From an uncultured Methanosarcinales archaeon (GTDB lineage: Archaea; Nanobdellota; Nanobdellia; Woesearchaeales; ARS49): a stretch of DNA of 64,000 nucleotides. The DNA is taken from the NCBI GenBank assembly GCA_964637115.1, contig CAZWVL010000006.1:23696-87695 (forward strand). Direction: 5' to 3'. The notes below the pieces were generated by a model, which searched no databases, was not told the DNA's origin, and saw only the letters and a program-made list of their open reading frames with translations. Both the position numbers and the translations under genes were made by a program. Shown here piece by piece: positions 9,744 to 20,410 of this stretch; positions within the stretch are counted from its first letter, which is position 1, and each line of letters opens with the position of its first letter.

Positions 9744-11536
9744 CTATACAGATGAAAAAGAGAGTGTTAAAGCACATCAGAAAAGACTGGAAGACATATG
9801 TACTTCTTGCGTTGATATTAGCACTGGCAGCTGGGCTGCGATTTACAGGCATTGACTGGGACAGAGGGGCGCAGCTGCATCCAGATGAAAGATTCCTGGC
9901 AATGGTCACAACCGACATAAAATGGCCTGGAAACGTAACAGAATACTTCAGCACAAGCACATCGCCGTTAAATCCTGCAAATAAGGGCAAAACATTCTTT
10001 GTTTATGGAACATTTCCGGTCTTTTTAACAAAACTGATCGGAGACTTGACAGGCAACGGGCATTATACCGCATACACTTTGATTGGGAGAAGACTTTCCG
10101 CAATTTTTGACATTCTAACTATACTCGCAGTGTTTCTGATTGCAAAGAACCTATTTGACAAAAAAACAGCACTACTAAGCGCTTTCTTCTTGGCAGTTAC
10201 TGTTGTCCATATCCAACACTCCCACTTTTCAGTCGTTGACTTGTTCGCCACTTTTTTTGTTGTCCTTTCCTTTTATTTTCTTATCTTATATGTTAAAACC
10301 CAGAAAATAAGATATGCAGCATTGCTTGGAGCAAGTATGGGATTTGGATTAGCATCAAAAATAAACGCGAGTTTATTAGCGCCAATTATTGCCTTAGGAC
10401 TGCTCATTGTTTTCATAAATTTAATTAGGAATAATCTGAAATCGAAACATAAACTCTTCAAAGCAATCTTCCTGTCAGCACGTACTGTGATATTAGCAGG
10501 AATCTTCATCGTCATAATTGCCGGAATTATATTCCGCATTCTACAGCCCTATGCTTTTGCGGGCCCATTGAACTTGTCTTTCTCAGACAGTTTTATTCAC
10601 AGCATGCAGGAAGTGGCAAGATTAACGAGCAAAGAGAGCGGAAGCGGATATGTTCCATCATTCCAATGGATCGATAGGCCAGTATATTTTCTACTTAAGA
10701 ATCTAACACTTTGGGGAATTGGAATACCACTAAGCATAATCTGCTGGCTCGGGTTGCTCTACAGCATTTACCGTCTCATATTTAAGAAAGACTACAGACT
10801 GTTTTTAATGGTAACTTGGGTTGTCTTTATTCTTACATACCAGTCATTGAAATTTGTCAAAACACAAAGATACGTCCTGCCGGCGATTCCATTTCTGATG
10901 ATCCTGGGAGCATTTTTTATAGTTTCCATCATACAATCTCATGAAAAATTGAAGAACAAACGCGCACGTTATTTCTGCAATACAATTATAACAATCGTGG
11001 TTATCAGCTGCCTCATCTGGCCCCTTGCATTCATGCAAATATACATTAACACACACCCAAGAATTGCAGCATCAATCTGGATTCATGAAAACATACCAGC
11101 AAACAGCACCAACACAATGGAACCATGGGATGACGCAATCCCATTCTATCTCGACTTCATGCCTCCAAGAAGAGACTACAAAACAATTAGTTTGGAATTA
11201 TTTGGCGCTGATGATGACAAGAAAATGACCAAACTAAGCAAGCAGCTAAGTGGTGTTGACTATGTCTTCATCACAAGTGGCAGGAATTACAAAGTCCTTC
11301 CAAGATTAGGCAATCTGCCATACATCACACGATATTATGAACTGCTGTTCAATGAAGAACTAGGATTCCAGCTTGAAAAGACATTTACAAATTACCCATC
11401 CATTTTTGGAATTGAAATAAATGACGACGAGTCCGAAGAACAGATAACGGTGTATGACCATCCCAAGGTTCTAATATTCAAGAATACCGAAAGACTGAGC
11501 AGCGAAGAAATATTCAACCGAATTACAGGCACATGA
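9740..11536 (+). CDS. GT39-like polytopic glycosyltransferase
   Basis: LRFTGIDWD...HPDERFL, FFVYGTFP, HIQHSHF, VYDHP motifs. Confidence 0.82.
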   Translation: MTIQMKKRVLKHIRKDWKTYVLLALILALAAGLRFTGIDWDRGAQLHPDERFLAMVTTDIKWPGNVTEYFSTSTSPLNPANKGKTFFVYGTFPVFLTKLIGDLTGNGHYTAYTLIGRRLSAIFDILTILAVFLIAKNLFDKKTALLSAFFLAVTVVHIQHSHFSVVDLFATFFVVLSFYFLILYVKTQKIRYAALLGASMGFGLASKINASLLAPIIALGLLIVFINLIRNNLKSKHKLFKAIFLSARTVILAGIFIVIIAGIIFRILQPYAFAGPLNLSFSDSFIHSMQEVARLTSKESGSGYVPSFQWIDRPVYFLLKNLTLWGIGIPLSIICWLGLLYSIYRLIFKKDYRLFLMVTWVVFILTYQSLKFVKTQRYVLPAIPFLMILGAFFIVSIIQSHEKLKNKRARYFCNTIITIVVISCLIWPLAFMQIYINTHPRIAASIWIHENIPANSTNTMEPWDDAIPFYLDFMPPRRDYKTISLELFGADDDKKMTKLSKQLSGVDYVFITSGRNYKVLPRLGNLPYITRYYELLFNEELGFQLEKTFTNYPSIFGIEINDDESEEQITVYDHPKVLIFKNTERLSSEEIFNRITGT

Positions 11537-12357
11537 GAAAGCTTGAGTATTTGCTAAGGAATGAACCAGATATCGCATTTCGTAATCGGGTTAATTTTAT
11601 CGTCAAAGAATTGAAATCAAAGTCAACTGACAAAATACTCGAAGTTGGATGCGGCAGAGGATTTATTCTTAATATTTTAAGCGAGCTTTATCCTGCAGAG
11701 TTTCACGGAGTTGATATCGAGAAAGAGCATCTTGCAATAGCACGGAAGCAGCTCAAGGGCAGAAATGTAAAAATAAGATATGCAAGCGCGTACGGGCTGC
11801 CATACTCAAACAATACTTTTGATGCCATAGTATTCACCGAGGTGCTTGAGCACTTAGAACATGAAGATAAGGCACTGAGAGAGATTTGGAGAGTTTTGAA
11901 GCCAAATGGGAAGCTGGTTATGACTGTGCCAAACAAGAAATATCCTTTTTTATGGGATCCAATCAACAAAACACTTGAGACGGTATTCAACACGCACATC
12001 AAAAAAGGGCTGTTCTCGGGCATCTGGGCTTACCATGTGCGTTTATATGGCAAAGAGCAGCTAAAAGATGTTCTGCAGCGCAATAAGTTTCATGTCAAAA
12101 CACTTACTGGCAGCACTTATTTCTGTTTTCCATTTGCACACAACATAGTTTATGATATCGGCAAGACACTGATGGAAAAGAAAGCGCTGCCTGGATTTGT
12201 TGTGAATTCCACACATAGATTTTCATATAACAAAAAGAAAAGCGCGCTAAACCCAATCAATTGGATTTTAGGCACGTTCGGTGCTATAAACAAGCTCAAC
12301 AAAGACAAAGATTTTAAAACGTCAGTATGTTTGCACGTTACAGCATATAAAAAGTAA
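11533..12357 (+). CDS. Class I SAM-dependent methyltransferase
   Basis: ILEVGCGRG, FDAIVFTEVLEH, LKPNG, HVRLY motifs. Confidence 0.9.
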   Translation: MRKLEYLLRNEPDIAFRNRVNFIVKELKSKSTDKILEVGCGRGFILNILSELYPAEFHGVDIEKEHLAIARKQLKGRNVKIRYASAYGLPYSNNTFDAIVFTEVLEHLEHEDKALREIWRVLKPNGKLVMTVPNKKYPFLWDPINKTLETVFNTHIKKGLFSGIWAYHVRLYGKEQLKDVLQRNKFHVKTLTGSTYFCFPFAHNIVYDIGKTLMEKKALPGFVVNSTHRFSYNKKKSALNPINWILGTFGAINKLNKDKDFKTSVCLHVTAYKK

Positions 12358-12366
12358 AGGGATGGC

Positions 12367-13515
12367 ATGAGAATCTTATTTTTGTCGGAATATTTTCACC
12401 CACACTGGACAGGACTGGCTAAATCAATTCTGAAGACCGCAATAGTATTGCAGCAGAAGGGACATACCTGTGCTGTTCTTACCACCAGGTACGATAAAAC
12501 GCTTTCTACTTACGAAGTTTACAAAGAACTGCCTATTTATCGCTGCAGTCCATTATTCAATGTCAGCCGCACAAAATATTCGCTCAGCGTAATATTTAAA
12601 TTTGCCAATATGGCAAAAAATTACGATCTTGTTTTCATCAACTGTCCCAACTCAAACGTCCTGCCTTTCACTGCAATTGCTAAACTTTTAGGAAAAAAAG
12701 TACTTATTTTCCTAAATGGCGACCTCATACTGCCATCAGGGCTTGGCAATAGAATGGTGGAGAAGATTTTTGATGCCTCAATGCTTGCAAGCTGCCGACT
12801 GGCTGATGTAGTATCCACGTATACAGAGGATTACGCACAGCACTCAAGAATCCTGAGCAAATTCATGCACAAGTTCAAAACACTTCTCTTACCAGTCACC
12901 TCTTACGAAAAGAAATCAAGCAAGAGGATTGATATCCTAATGAAAAAAATAAGGTCTGAAAAGAAAGCAAAACTGCTTGTTGGCTTTGCCGGCAGATTTG
13001 TGGAAGAAAAAGGGTTTGATATCCTTCTTTCAGCCATTCCGTCGATCATAAAATTGCATCCGGACACCCATTTCGTCTACGCCGGCTCCGAAACCATTGC
13101 TTATGAAAAATTCTTTGAAGAACACAAAGAAAAATGGAATGCTGTTGACTCGCACATTACCAAGACAGGGCTGCTTGAGGGCGAAGCAGAAATGAATGCC
13201 TTTTACGAGAATCTGGATTTGATAGTATTACCAAGCAGATCGGATTGCTTTCCGAACGTGCAAGTTGAAGCAATCGAGCACGGCGTTCCCATAGTAGTCA
13301 GCGATATTCCAGGAGCGAGGTGGCCGGTGAAAGAGAGCGGGTTTGGGAAGATAACTGAGCCTGAAAGCACTGATTCACTATCAGATTCCATCATTTATTG
13401 TTTGATGAATAAAGAACAGCTTAAAGATAGGCGGAATTCGGCACAAAGGCTGTTGGACGGATCAATATTCTTTGAGCAGTTTCAGAACATTACGAAGGAA
13501 TTGCAAATCAAATAG
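12367..13515 (+). CDS. GT4 (GT-B) glycosyltransferase
   Basis: FAGRFVEEKG, LPSRSDCFPNVQVEA (Ex7E-like), SDIPG motifs. Confidence 0.9.
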   Translation: MRILFLSEYFHPHWTGLAKSILKTAIVLQQKGHTCAVLTTRYDKTLSTYEVYKELPIYRCSPLFNVSRTKYSLSVIFKFANMAKNYDLVFINCPNSNVLPFTAIAKLLGKKVLIFLNGDLILPSGLGNRMVEKIFDASMLASCRLADVVSTYTEDYAQHSRILSKFMHKFKTLLLPVTSYEKKSSKRIDILMKKIRSEKKAKLLVGFAGRFVEEKGFDILLSAIPSIIKLHPDTHFVYAGSETIAYEKFFEEHKEKWNAVDSHITKTGLLEGEAEMNAFYENLDLIVLPSRSDCFPNVQVEAIEHGVPIVVSDIPGARWPVKESGFGKITEPESTDSLSDSIIYCLMNKEQLKDRRNSAQRLLDGSIFFEQFQNITKELQIK

Positions 13516-13567
13516 ATTCGCCCTTAACTAGTTTTTGATAACTTTTTGCGTCAAATAATATGTACTA

Positions 13568-15538
13568 TCAGATACTTGACGGAAGACAATTTGAATTATT
13601 CAATAACTCGTATGAAACAAACGTCTTTTCGCCTTTTCTATCATTAAAAGACAATAAACTTCCCCCTGGACATTCAGATTGAAGCTTGCTCAATTCTGCT
13701 ATCCTATGATTATGGAAAAATACAAAAATTCTCGGAGAATTGGTGATTGTTGATGGCGGACTTACTCGCCCATCTTGTAAAACATCAAAATAAGAATAAT
13801 TATGAGTGGAAAGTATGAGTTTTGACGTCGGATGCGCTATATAGAAATTAGGTGAGTCGTAAAAGAACACAACAGTATTGTTTGGCAGCGACAAAGCGTG
13901 TTCACTGATTTGGTACGCAAAGCGGGTATTCCAGTCCGTGAAATAATCCCCATTTGCATAATCATGGAAATAAAACCAAAGATTGTAAATTGATAATATG
14001 GCAATAGCACCAAGCGCAAAAGTGACTAATAATTTTTTCCTAAGATGAAAAATCTTAGCCAGACTAAACATGCCTATGCTAACCCACGCGGCTACGGGAA
14101 AAGAAGTGGACAAAAGCCGCGAAGTGCTTACGCCGACCGTCAACGTGGCGCCTGCAAATACCACACCGATAAACACCATCAGTAAAATCAAATTGCGGGG
14201 TTTCCAGAAATTCACCAAAGAATATAGAAAGCCGATAAGAAATGGAACAAGACTCAGCTTATCCACAAGAGGGATCGGCGCATTATATCCGGGACCGTCT
14301 CTGTGTGAAAAGCCAAAGATTCCGAACGAATCCTTTATCCTGTTGGCGAAGATTACCAAAAAAGGCTTACCACTTGCTTCTTGTTGTTGCCACCATGATG
14401 ACTTGAATATCAAATTGGAACTTGACGCCGTCATAAACTCATTTGGATATTTTGCCCAAAATAAGCCAAGTGGAAAAGCTGCAACAATTAAAGCAAGAAG
14501 AAACAGGCCTGAATAAGCGTAATGCTCTTTTAAAAAACCACGTCTCATGATGGAAACAAATGCCAAGAAAAAGAGAACAAAAGGTAGAAGTATTCTGGCA
14601 CCGACGTAAAAATATATGGCCATCCCTGTTGCGAGTCCAAGAAAAATGAAATCACTTTTCTTTCCATGAGCCATTACACGATAGGCAAAGTATAAACCAA
14701 GAGTTACGATGAGCGGATCTCCAATAACATACATCCCAAATCTGCTGTAATGATGATGGAAATGGTATCCAACTAGATACAAAATTGCTCCGAACGCTAT
14801 ATATTTATCCCACATTTTCCTGAGGAATACATAGACCACTGGAAGCGTCAATGTTCCCAAAATAACTGATAACAGGCGCTGTGCAAATAGTGGTTCAAAA
14901 AAGTGATGCGAAATTGCTAACGCATTAAAGTACATTTTTGGATGTCCCTGGATCCCTGACACAAACATGTTTTTTATGGAGTCTGGATTAAAGATCACTT
15001 CGTAAGCAATTGACGCCTCATCGCCAGCGAATGGACTTGGCAGGGTAGCCAAGTGTATAACTCGAATGACAAAAGCGACAATCGTGATCATACCAACGGC
15101 AAGAATTTCCCAGCGGTGAAGGGAAATGCCCCTGGTTAAGCTATGCCAAAATTCTTTCCCATCTTGAAAATAATTTTTGAGCGCCCACAATGCAACGGAC
15201 AGCATGGCAACGAGCCACATAATAAATGGAACAGCGTAAGACTTCAATGTCGGTCCAACAACACTTAGCATTCCGACAACAATTGAAGTAACAGCCGCAC
15301 AGGATAAAAGGTACCATGCAAAGGAAAGGTTTCGAAAAAAGACAAAGAATTTAATGTTTGAAAACTCTCCTGTCAGACCGATTACAACAAAACAGGGTAT
15401 AAGCCAAAGAAAATATGTCCATGCGGGCATGTTAACTACAATGAAACCGTATACCAGTGCCAAGCACACTAAAAGTAATAATACTGACTTATACAATATG
15501 GCGGGCCGCGCAACCAACTTTGACACAGACATAAACAA
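13568..15538 (-). CDS. GT39/ArnT-like glycosyltransferase (tandem paralog A)
   Basis: LPSPFAGDE, HHHYSRFG, multiple TM helices. Collinear with 15582-17558. Confidence 0.82.
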   Translation of the reverse strand: MFMSVSKLVARPAILYKSVLLLLVCLALVYGFIVVNMPAWTYFLWLIPCFVVIGLTGEFSNIKFFVFFRNLSFAWYLLSCAAVTSIVVGMLSVVGPTLKSYAVPFIMWLVAMLSVALWALKNYFQDGKEFWHSLTRGISLHRWEILAVGMITIVAFVIRVIHLATLPSPFAGDEASIAYEVIFNPDSIKNMFVSGIQGHPKMYFNALAISHHFFEPLFAQRLLSVILGTLTLPVVYVFLRKMWDKYIAFGAILYLVGYHFHHHYSRFGMYVIGDPLIVTLGLYFAYRVMAHGKKSDFIFLGLATGMAIYFYVGARILLPFVLFFLAFVSIMRRGFLKEHYAYSGLFLLALIVAAFPLGLFWAKYPNEFMTASSSNLIFKSSWWQQQEASGKPFLVIFANRIKDSFGIFGFSHRDGPGYNAPIPLVDKLSLVPFLIGFLYSLVNFWKPRNLILLMVFIGVVFAGATLTVGVSTSRLLSTSFPVAAWVSIGMFSLAKIFHLRKKLLVTFALGAIAILSIYNLWFYFHDYANGDYFTDWNTRFAYQISEHALSLPNNTVVFFYDSPNFYIAHPTSKLILSTHNYSYFDVLQDGRVSPPSTITNSPRIFVFFHNHRIAELSKLQSECPGGSLLSFNDRKGEKTFVSYELLNNSNCLPSSI

Positions 15539-15581
15539 TGCTCAGAATTGCTTATAATATTTGCGGTTGCACCCAAACAAA

Positions 15582-17558
15582 CTAAGATATGACTGCTGGC
15601 AAGCAGTTGCTTCCATTAAGAAGTTCATATGAAGTGAACATAGATTCATTAAATTTATTCCTAAATATGTACACTGCCCCGCCAGGACAATCCTCCAGAA
15701 GATTTTTGAGTTCAGCGTCCCTGTAATTTGAAATAAAGACAAATACGCGTGGCGACAGCCCAGCTGGAGATGGTAGAGTCGTCCGACCTTCTTTATCTAC
15801 ATCAAAACCAGCATATTGATGCACTTGTATATAAAGAGCTGGATGCCCTATATACATACGGTCTAGGCCGTAAAAAAAGAAACTTGTATTTTTGGGCAAA
15901 GTGTTTATGTACTTTCCAATTTCTCCCGCTGCTTTGGTATTCCAATCACCATAATAATCCCCATTTGAATAAACATGAAAATAAAACCAAAGATTATACG
16001 CAACCAAAATGGAAATGAAACTCAAAACAAACACAAAAGCGTGAACCTTCTTAAAATTAAAGTATTCGGTAATGCGCTTCAATCCAAATGCGATCCAAAT
16101 GCAAATAACAGGTATTGTAGCAAGAAGTCTGTGCGACTCAATGGGCTTGTTTAAAGCGCCTCCGAGAACCACTGACGATACAAAAAGCAGCAACAAAACA
16201 CAATGACGTGTTTCTTTTATGCTTACAATTGATAAAATCAAACCCAGCAAAAAAAGAGCAAGACTGAGCCCATCCACAAGTGGGATTGGAGGATCGTAAA
16301 AACTAATGCCACCTTCTTTCCTAAATCCAAACAAAAGGAATGCATCCTTAATCCGTTCCAAAATATCCTTAAAAATAGGGATGACACCAGTGTCTTGATC
16401 CTTAAACGAACCTGCATTGAATACGCTAACAGTATTAAATCTGTTCATAAATTCATTTGGATGCATAAACCAAAAAGTTGCCAGCGGAAGGGCTACGACA
16501 CAAAAAACGCAGATGGCCAGAATTAAATTAAGGATGTGCTTTTTCAAAAAAGTTGGATTTTTGAGAATGTAACACAAAAATAGAATGAACAGAACAACGA
16601 AAACCAACCTCGCGCCAGCATAAGCGTACACTGCAAGGCCGCTTATTAAGCCAAGCAGAACAAAATCACTTTTTTCTTGATTGTGAATAACGCGCCATGC
16701 GAAATAGAGAGCAAGAACCATGATAAGCGGATCACCGATGTTATTCATTCCAAACCTGCTATAATGATTATGCAGATGAAATCCAACCAGGTACAAAGTG
16801 GCACCTACTGCCACTAATTTTCCAAAAAGCCTCCTAACAAAGATGTAGAAAAAAGGCACGGTCAAGGTGCCTATTAAAACAGCAGGCAAACGCGTAGTTA
16901 ATTCAGGCCCAAAAAATCTGGCAAAGAAAGATAATAAGAAGAAGTACATAGTCGGATGCCCCTGCAAACCTGAGACGAACATATGTCTTAATGACCCCGC
17001 GTTTACCGCCTGTGCCTGCATAGCAAAAGCTGCTTCATCGCCTGAGAAAGGCGCAGGCAACGTCGCAACACTTGCAAAGCGAATAATGAACGCTGCCAAA
17101 GTCAACGCCAAAACAACAAGACATTCCAGCTTATTTTCAGAAATGAAAGAATACCATTTTTTGCCTCTGTTTTGCGAGTTTTGAAAATAACGAATCATAG
17201 CATAAGCAGCCAGAGCTGCTATGCTCGCAACCCAGAGATAAAAAAATGGCCAATAACTTTCAGGCGCAGAACCGAGAACAGTACTTGCAGTAGCTGTAAA
17301 GGAAACCATTAGTGCACACAGTATAATGTCCCATACGAAGTCCACTTTGTTAATTTGATTTATCATAGAACTGAGTATTTTATTTTGACTCTTTGTGCAC
17401 ACGTATGCAATGATCCGCACAAGTAATAAGACATTTATTAAAAGTGAAGGGTAAAAAAATACTGAACCGAGCTTGCGGGCAAACGTTAAACTAAATAGAA
17501 GCATGGCTACAAATAACAGCCCTGACAAAAAAATCTGTGTACTTGACTTATTGGACAT
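15582..17558 (-). CDS. GT39/ArnT-like glycosyltransferase (tandem paralog B)
   Basis: LPAPFSGDE, HNHYSRFG. Shares the C-terminal CPGG...SYELLN.SNCLP with paralog A. Confidence 0.82.
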   Translation of the reverse strand: MSNKSSTQIFLSGLLFVAMLLFSLTFARKLGSVFFYPSLLINVLLLVRIIAYVCTKSQNKILSSMINQINKVDFVWDIILCALMVSFTATASTVLGSAPESYWPFFYLWVASIAALAAYAMIRYFQNSQNRGKKWYSFISENKLECLVVLALTLAAFIIRFASVATLPAPFSGDEAAFAMQAQAVNAGSLRHMFVSGLQGHPTMYFFLLSFFARFFGPELTTRLPAVLIGTLTVPFFYIFVRRLFGKLVAVGATLYLVGFHLHNHYSRFGMNNIGDPLIMVLALYFAWRVIHNQEKSDFVLLGLISGLAVYAYAGARLVFVVLFILFLCYILKNPTFLKKHILNLILAICVFCVVALPLATFWFMHPNEFMNRFNTVSVFNAGSFKDQDTGVIPIFKDILERIKDAFLLFGFRKEGGISFYDPPIPLVDGLSLALFLLGLILSIVSIKETRHCVLLLLFVSSVVLGGALNKPIESHRLLATIPVICIWIAFGLKRITEYFNFKKVHAFVFVLSFISILVAYNLWFYFHVYSNGDYYGDWNTKAAGEIGKYINTLPKNTSFFFYGLDRMYIGHPALYIQVHQYAGFDVDKEGRTTLPSPAGLSPRVFVFISNYRDAELKNLLEDCPGGAVYIFRNKFNESMFTSYELLNGSNCLPAVIS

Positions 17559-17706
17559 TTGACTTTTCTTTAGTTATCCTTTCTGGAATACCCACTTAAT
17601 CATCATCTTGTAAAGGCGCCCAGCCACCCTAAATTCTTACATTATAGATTCTGATAATTATTTAAAAAACCTTTGTATCGTGAGGCACATTTAAACTTCA
17701 ATCCTA

Positions 17707-19020
17707 TTAAGGCCATATAAATGAAACCAAGTACTTTCTCACTCTTAAGAAATCTTCTCGAACATTGGAAAGAAAGTTCCTGAATATTCCTGTTGCATTA
17801 AAGTAGAGGAACAAAATCGTGTTTAGAATGGCAATCCATTTCGCTACTTGAATGAATGATGAGTTTTTAACCATAAAACTGATAAACAATTGAACCGCAT
17901 AAAAAACAGAACTGCTTTTTAGATCTCCAAATGACATAATCATCATCAGATTTAACAAAAATGTGAAAGTAATGGCTACATAACAGAAGAGGTATTTTCT
18001 CTTGTCAAAAATTGCAAAGGAAAGAAGTGCAAAAAATGGAAAAAGATATCTCTCATGAATTTCTGTTGGCAGCATGAAAAACGCAAAAGCCACCCCGGCA
18101 GCGGCCAGACTGGCATCGCTTTCATGCTTGCTCTTGATTAACTGGTACATCACAAGAATGCAATAAAGAATGAAGAGTCTGGATCCTATGTACAAGAAAC
18201 TCATACCCCAGATTGAGTCGAAGTCAGACCTTGCCGGTACTCCGGGAGACAGCAAATACCAGGGATTGTAGGCGTTCATTGTGACATGTGCAAATTTACC
18301 AACTGAGCCTTCGATTGTTGCAATAACATTGCTATACACGCCACCGTACAGAAACGGGATGAAAACAATAAAGACGATGAGAGCCGTTGAAAAAATAATG
18401 GAGAATAGCTTCTTAAAATCAAATTTCTTAATTACAAGTTCTTTAAAGATGACAATCGCCAATATTGGGAAAATTACAATAGCTTGAACTTTGGTCAAAA
18501 TTCCAAGCGTGAAAAAAACTGTCGATAATACATAATGCCGGTGCATTAACATTAATAGGCTAAAGAAAATGAAACATGCATAAACCGAATCAATCTGACC
18601 CCAAATTGCCGTGTTGTATATTACTCCTAAATTAAAGAAATACAATGACATGGCAATGATTGCTTTGTAGAAGCTCGCTTTCTTAAAATGCCAGAAAAGT
18701 CCGATTCCTATGAGTAAATTGCAAAGCGTGGGCACAATTTTTGAAATATAAATGTAAGAGTGTGAGTTCGCTATTAAATTTCCAAACAATTTGAGATGCA
18801 ACCATGCATTAAATCTCAAAACATACATGTAAAGAGGAGGATAAGTAGGCAGTCTTTGCTTATACAATTCTGCCAGACCTTTTTCTAATGCAGTATTGCC
18901 CCATCCTTCCAACTCCAGCATATCTGAATGATACCGACTGAAGAATAAAGGCAAATTGAACATTAAGAACATAACAACTAATAGACAGAATATTATTGCC
19001 TCTTTTTTTTCAAATTTCAT
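17707..19020 (-). CDS. GT-C membrane glycosyltransferase (GT87/PIG-M-like)
   Basis: YPPLY, NTAIWGQIDS, KVQA, NAYNPW, HERYLFP motifs. Confidence 0.8.
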   Translation of the reverse strand: MKFEKKEAIIFCLLVVMFLMFNLPLFFSRYHSDMLELEGWGNTALEKGLAELYKQRLPTYPPLYMYVLRFNAWLHLKLFGNLIANSHSYIYISKIVPTLCNLLIGIGLFWHFKKASFYKAIIAMSLYFFNLGVIYNTAIWGQIDSVYACFIFFSLLMLMHRHYVLSTVFFTLGILTKVQAIVIFPILAIVIFKELVIKKFDFKKLFSIIFSTALIVFIVFIPFLYGGVYSNVIATIEGSVGKFAHVTMNAYNPWYLLSPGVPARSDFDSIWGMSFLYIGSRLFILYCILVMYQLIKSKHESDASLAAAGVAFAFFMLPTEIHERYLFPFFALLSFAIFDKRKYLFCYVAITFTFLLNLMMIMSFGDLKSSSVFYAVQLFISFMVKNSSFIQVAKWIAILNTILFLYFNATGIFRNFLSNVREDFLRVRKYLVSFIWP

Positions 19021-19113
19021 GTATTTGCTTGCGATAAAAGGGATATGTTAATAAGCTTTTTCCATCGAAAGAATTTCAAAAGATTTTTAAGGAGAAGACC
19101 AGTCGGGAAAGTC

Positions 19114-20355
19114 ATGTGGAATAAAGAGGAATGGGCAATTTTTATTATTTCTTTCTTCATTATTATGTTATTTACAAAAACGGGTGTTGGGAGTGGAAAT
19201 GATGCATCAAGAATGGGCGCCATACAATCAATTGTTGAGTTCAACACTTTTGCGATTGACAATTCTCAATACAATTACACCAATGACAAGGTTTTTGTAA
19301 ATGGTCATTTTTATTCTGACAAGCCGCCACTTTCTTATCTGTTAGGCGTTCCGCCGTATTGGGTTCTGAATAGATTAAATATTGGAACTCAACCTAGGTA
19401 TTATTATTTTGTAACGTTATTTAGTGTCGGCCTTTTTGTAAGCATTATGTTGGTTTACTTCTTCAGATTGCTCGCTTTTTACGGACTTGAGCCCCTTACA
19501 AAGATTTTCTACGTTGCATCACTGGGCTTTGGAACACTGCTATTCACTTATTCTGTTACTGTAAACAATCATGCAGTTGCTGCAGCGTTTCTGTTTTTGG
19601 CTTTTTATTTTATTTTGAAGGAAAAACACTACATTTTGGCCGGATTTTTGGGTGGCCTGTTATCTTCCATAGACTTAGTTGCTGGAAATATATTTTTAGG
19701 TCTCTTCATCATTCTGCTTTTAATTCGTAGAAGCTTTAAACAACTCCCATTCTTTTTATTAGGTGCAGGTGTCCCTATATTCATTCATTTGTTGCTAAAT
19801 TGGATTATAAGCGGCAGCATAGTACCCATGTCTTTCAGGCCGGAATTATTCAACTATCCAGGTACCCCCTGGACTAGCGGCATACCACTTCGCACACAGG
19901 AATTATCAGGAATCCAAAATTACACATATGGCATACTATTTGGTGTCGAGGGCGGTTTCCTATCTTACGCGCCAGTCCTATTCTTTTCACTGGCGGGTTT
20001 GATATACACTGCAGTGAGAAAGAATAAGCTTCAAAAAGAGAGCATTCTTGTATTCATGGGAACGATTGGCACTTTTCTGTTCTATATATTTAGAACAGAC
20101 CCGTATCATTATGACGGTTGCGCGATAGGATACAGATATGGTGTTGCTCTCATACCTTTGCTATATTTCTTTACGCCTTCATTATTCAAGGTAAAAGACA
20201 AGCGGTTGGCTACTATTCTAGGCGTGTTATTTTTCATCGCTGTTTTAATATCAGCATTCTACTCATTTGAAAACATGACAAAAATCTGGAGTTGTTATTA
20301 CGGCCATTTTGCGCTTTTGGGACCGTTTCACTGCGGCGTGGTGCCAATAGCATAA
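19114..20355 (+). CDS. Polytopic membrane protein, probable GT-C
   Basis: GNDASR...FYSDKPP luminal motif, about 10 TM helices, G.RY motif. Start moved to ATG 19114, about 25 nt after TTTTTAA. Confidence 0.6.
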   Translation: MWNKEEWAIFIISFFIIMLFTKTGVGSGNDASRMGAIQSIVEFNTFAIDNSQYNYTNDKVFVNGHFYSDKPPLSYLLGVPPYWVLNRLNIGTQPRYYYFVTLFSVGLFVSIMLVYFFRLLAFYGLEPLTKIFYVASLGFGTLLFTYSVTVNNHAVAAAFLFLAFYFILKEKHYILAGFLGGLLSSIDLVAGNIFLGLFIILLLIRRSFKQLPFFLLGAGVPIFIHLLLNWIISGSIVPMSFRPELFNYPGTPWTSGIPLRTQELSGIQNYTYGILFGVEGGFLSYAPVLFFSLAGLIYTAVRKNKLQKESILVFMGTIGTFLFYIFRTDPYHYDGCAIGYRYGVALIPLLYFFTPSLFKVKDKRLATILGVLFFIAVLISAFYSFENMTKIWSCYYGHFALLGPFHCGVVPIA

Positions 20356-20410
20356 AATTAAAGCTTGGTGTTGCATTAAACCATTTGTCAGCACACCACA
20401 ACATCGTTTT

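Noticed and set aside
17570-17640. Possible GT 3' remnant (EFRVAGRLYKMMIKWVFQKDN*)
   Set aside because: No parent gene in the window to align to, so it is unsupported.
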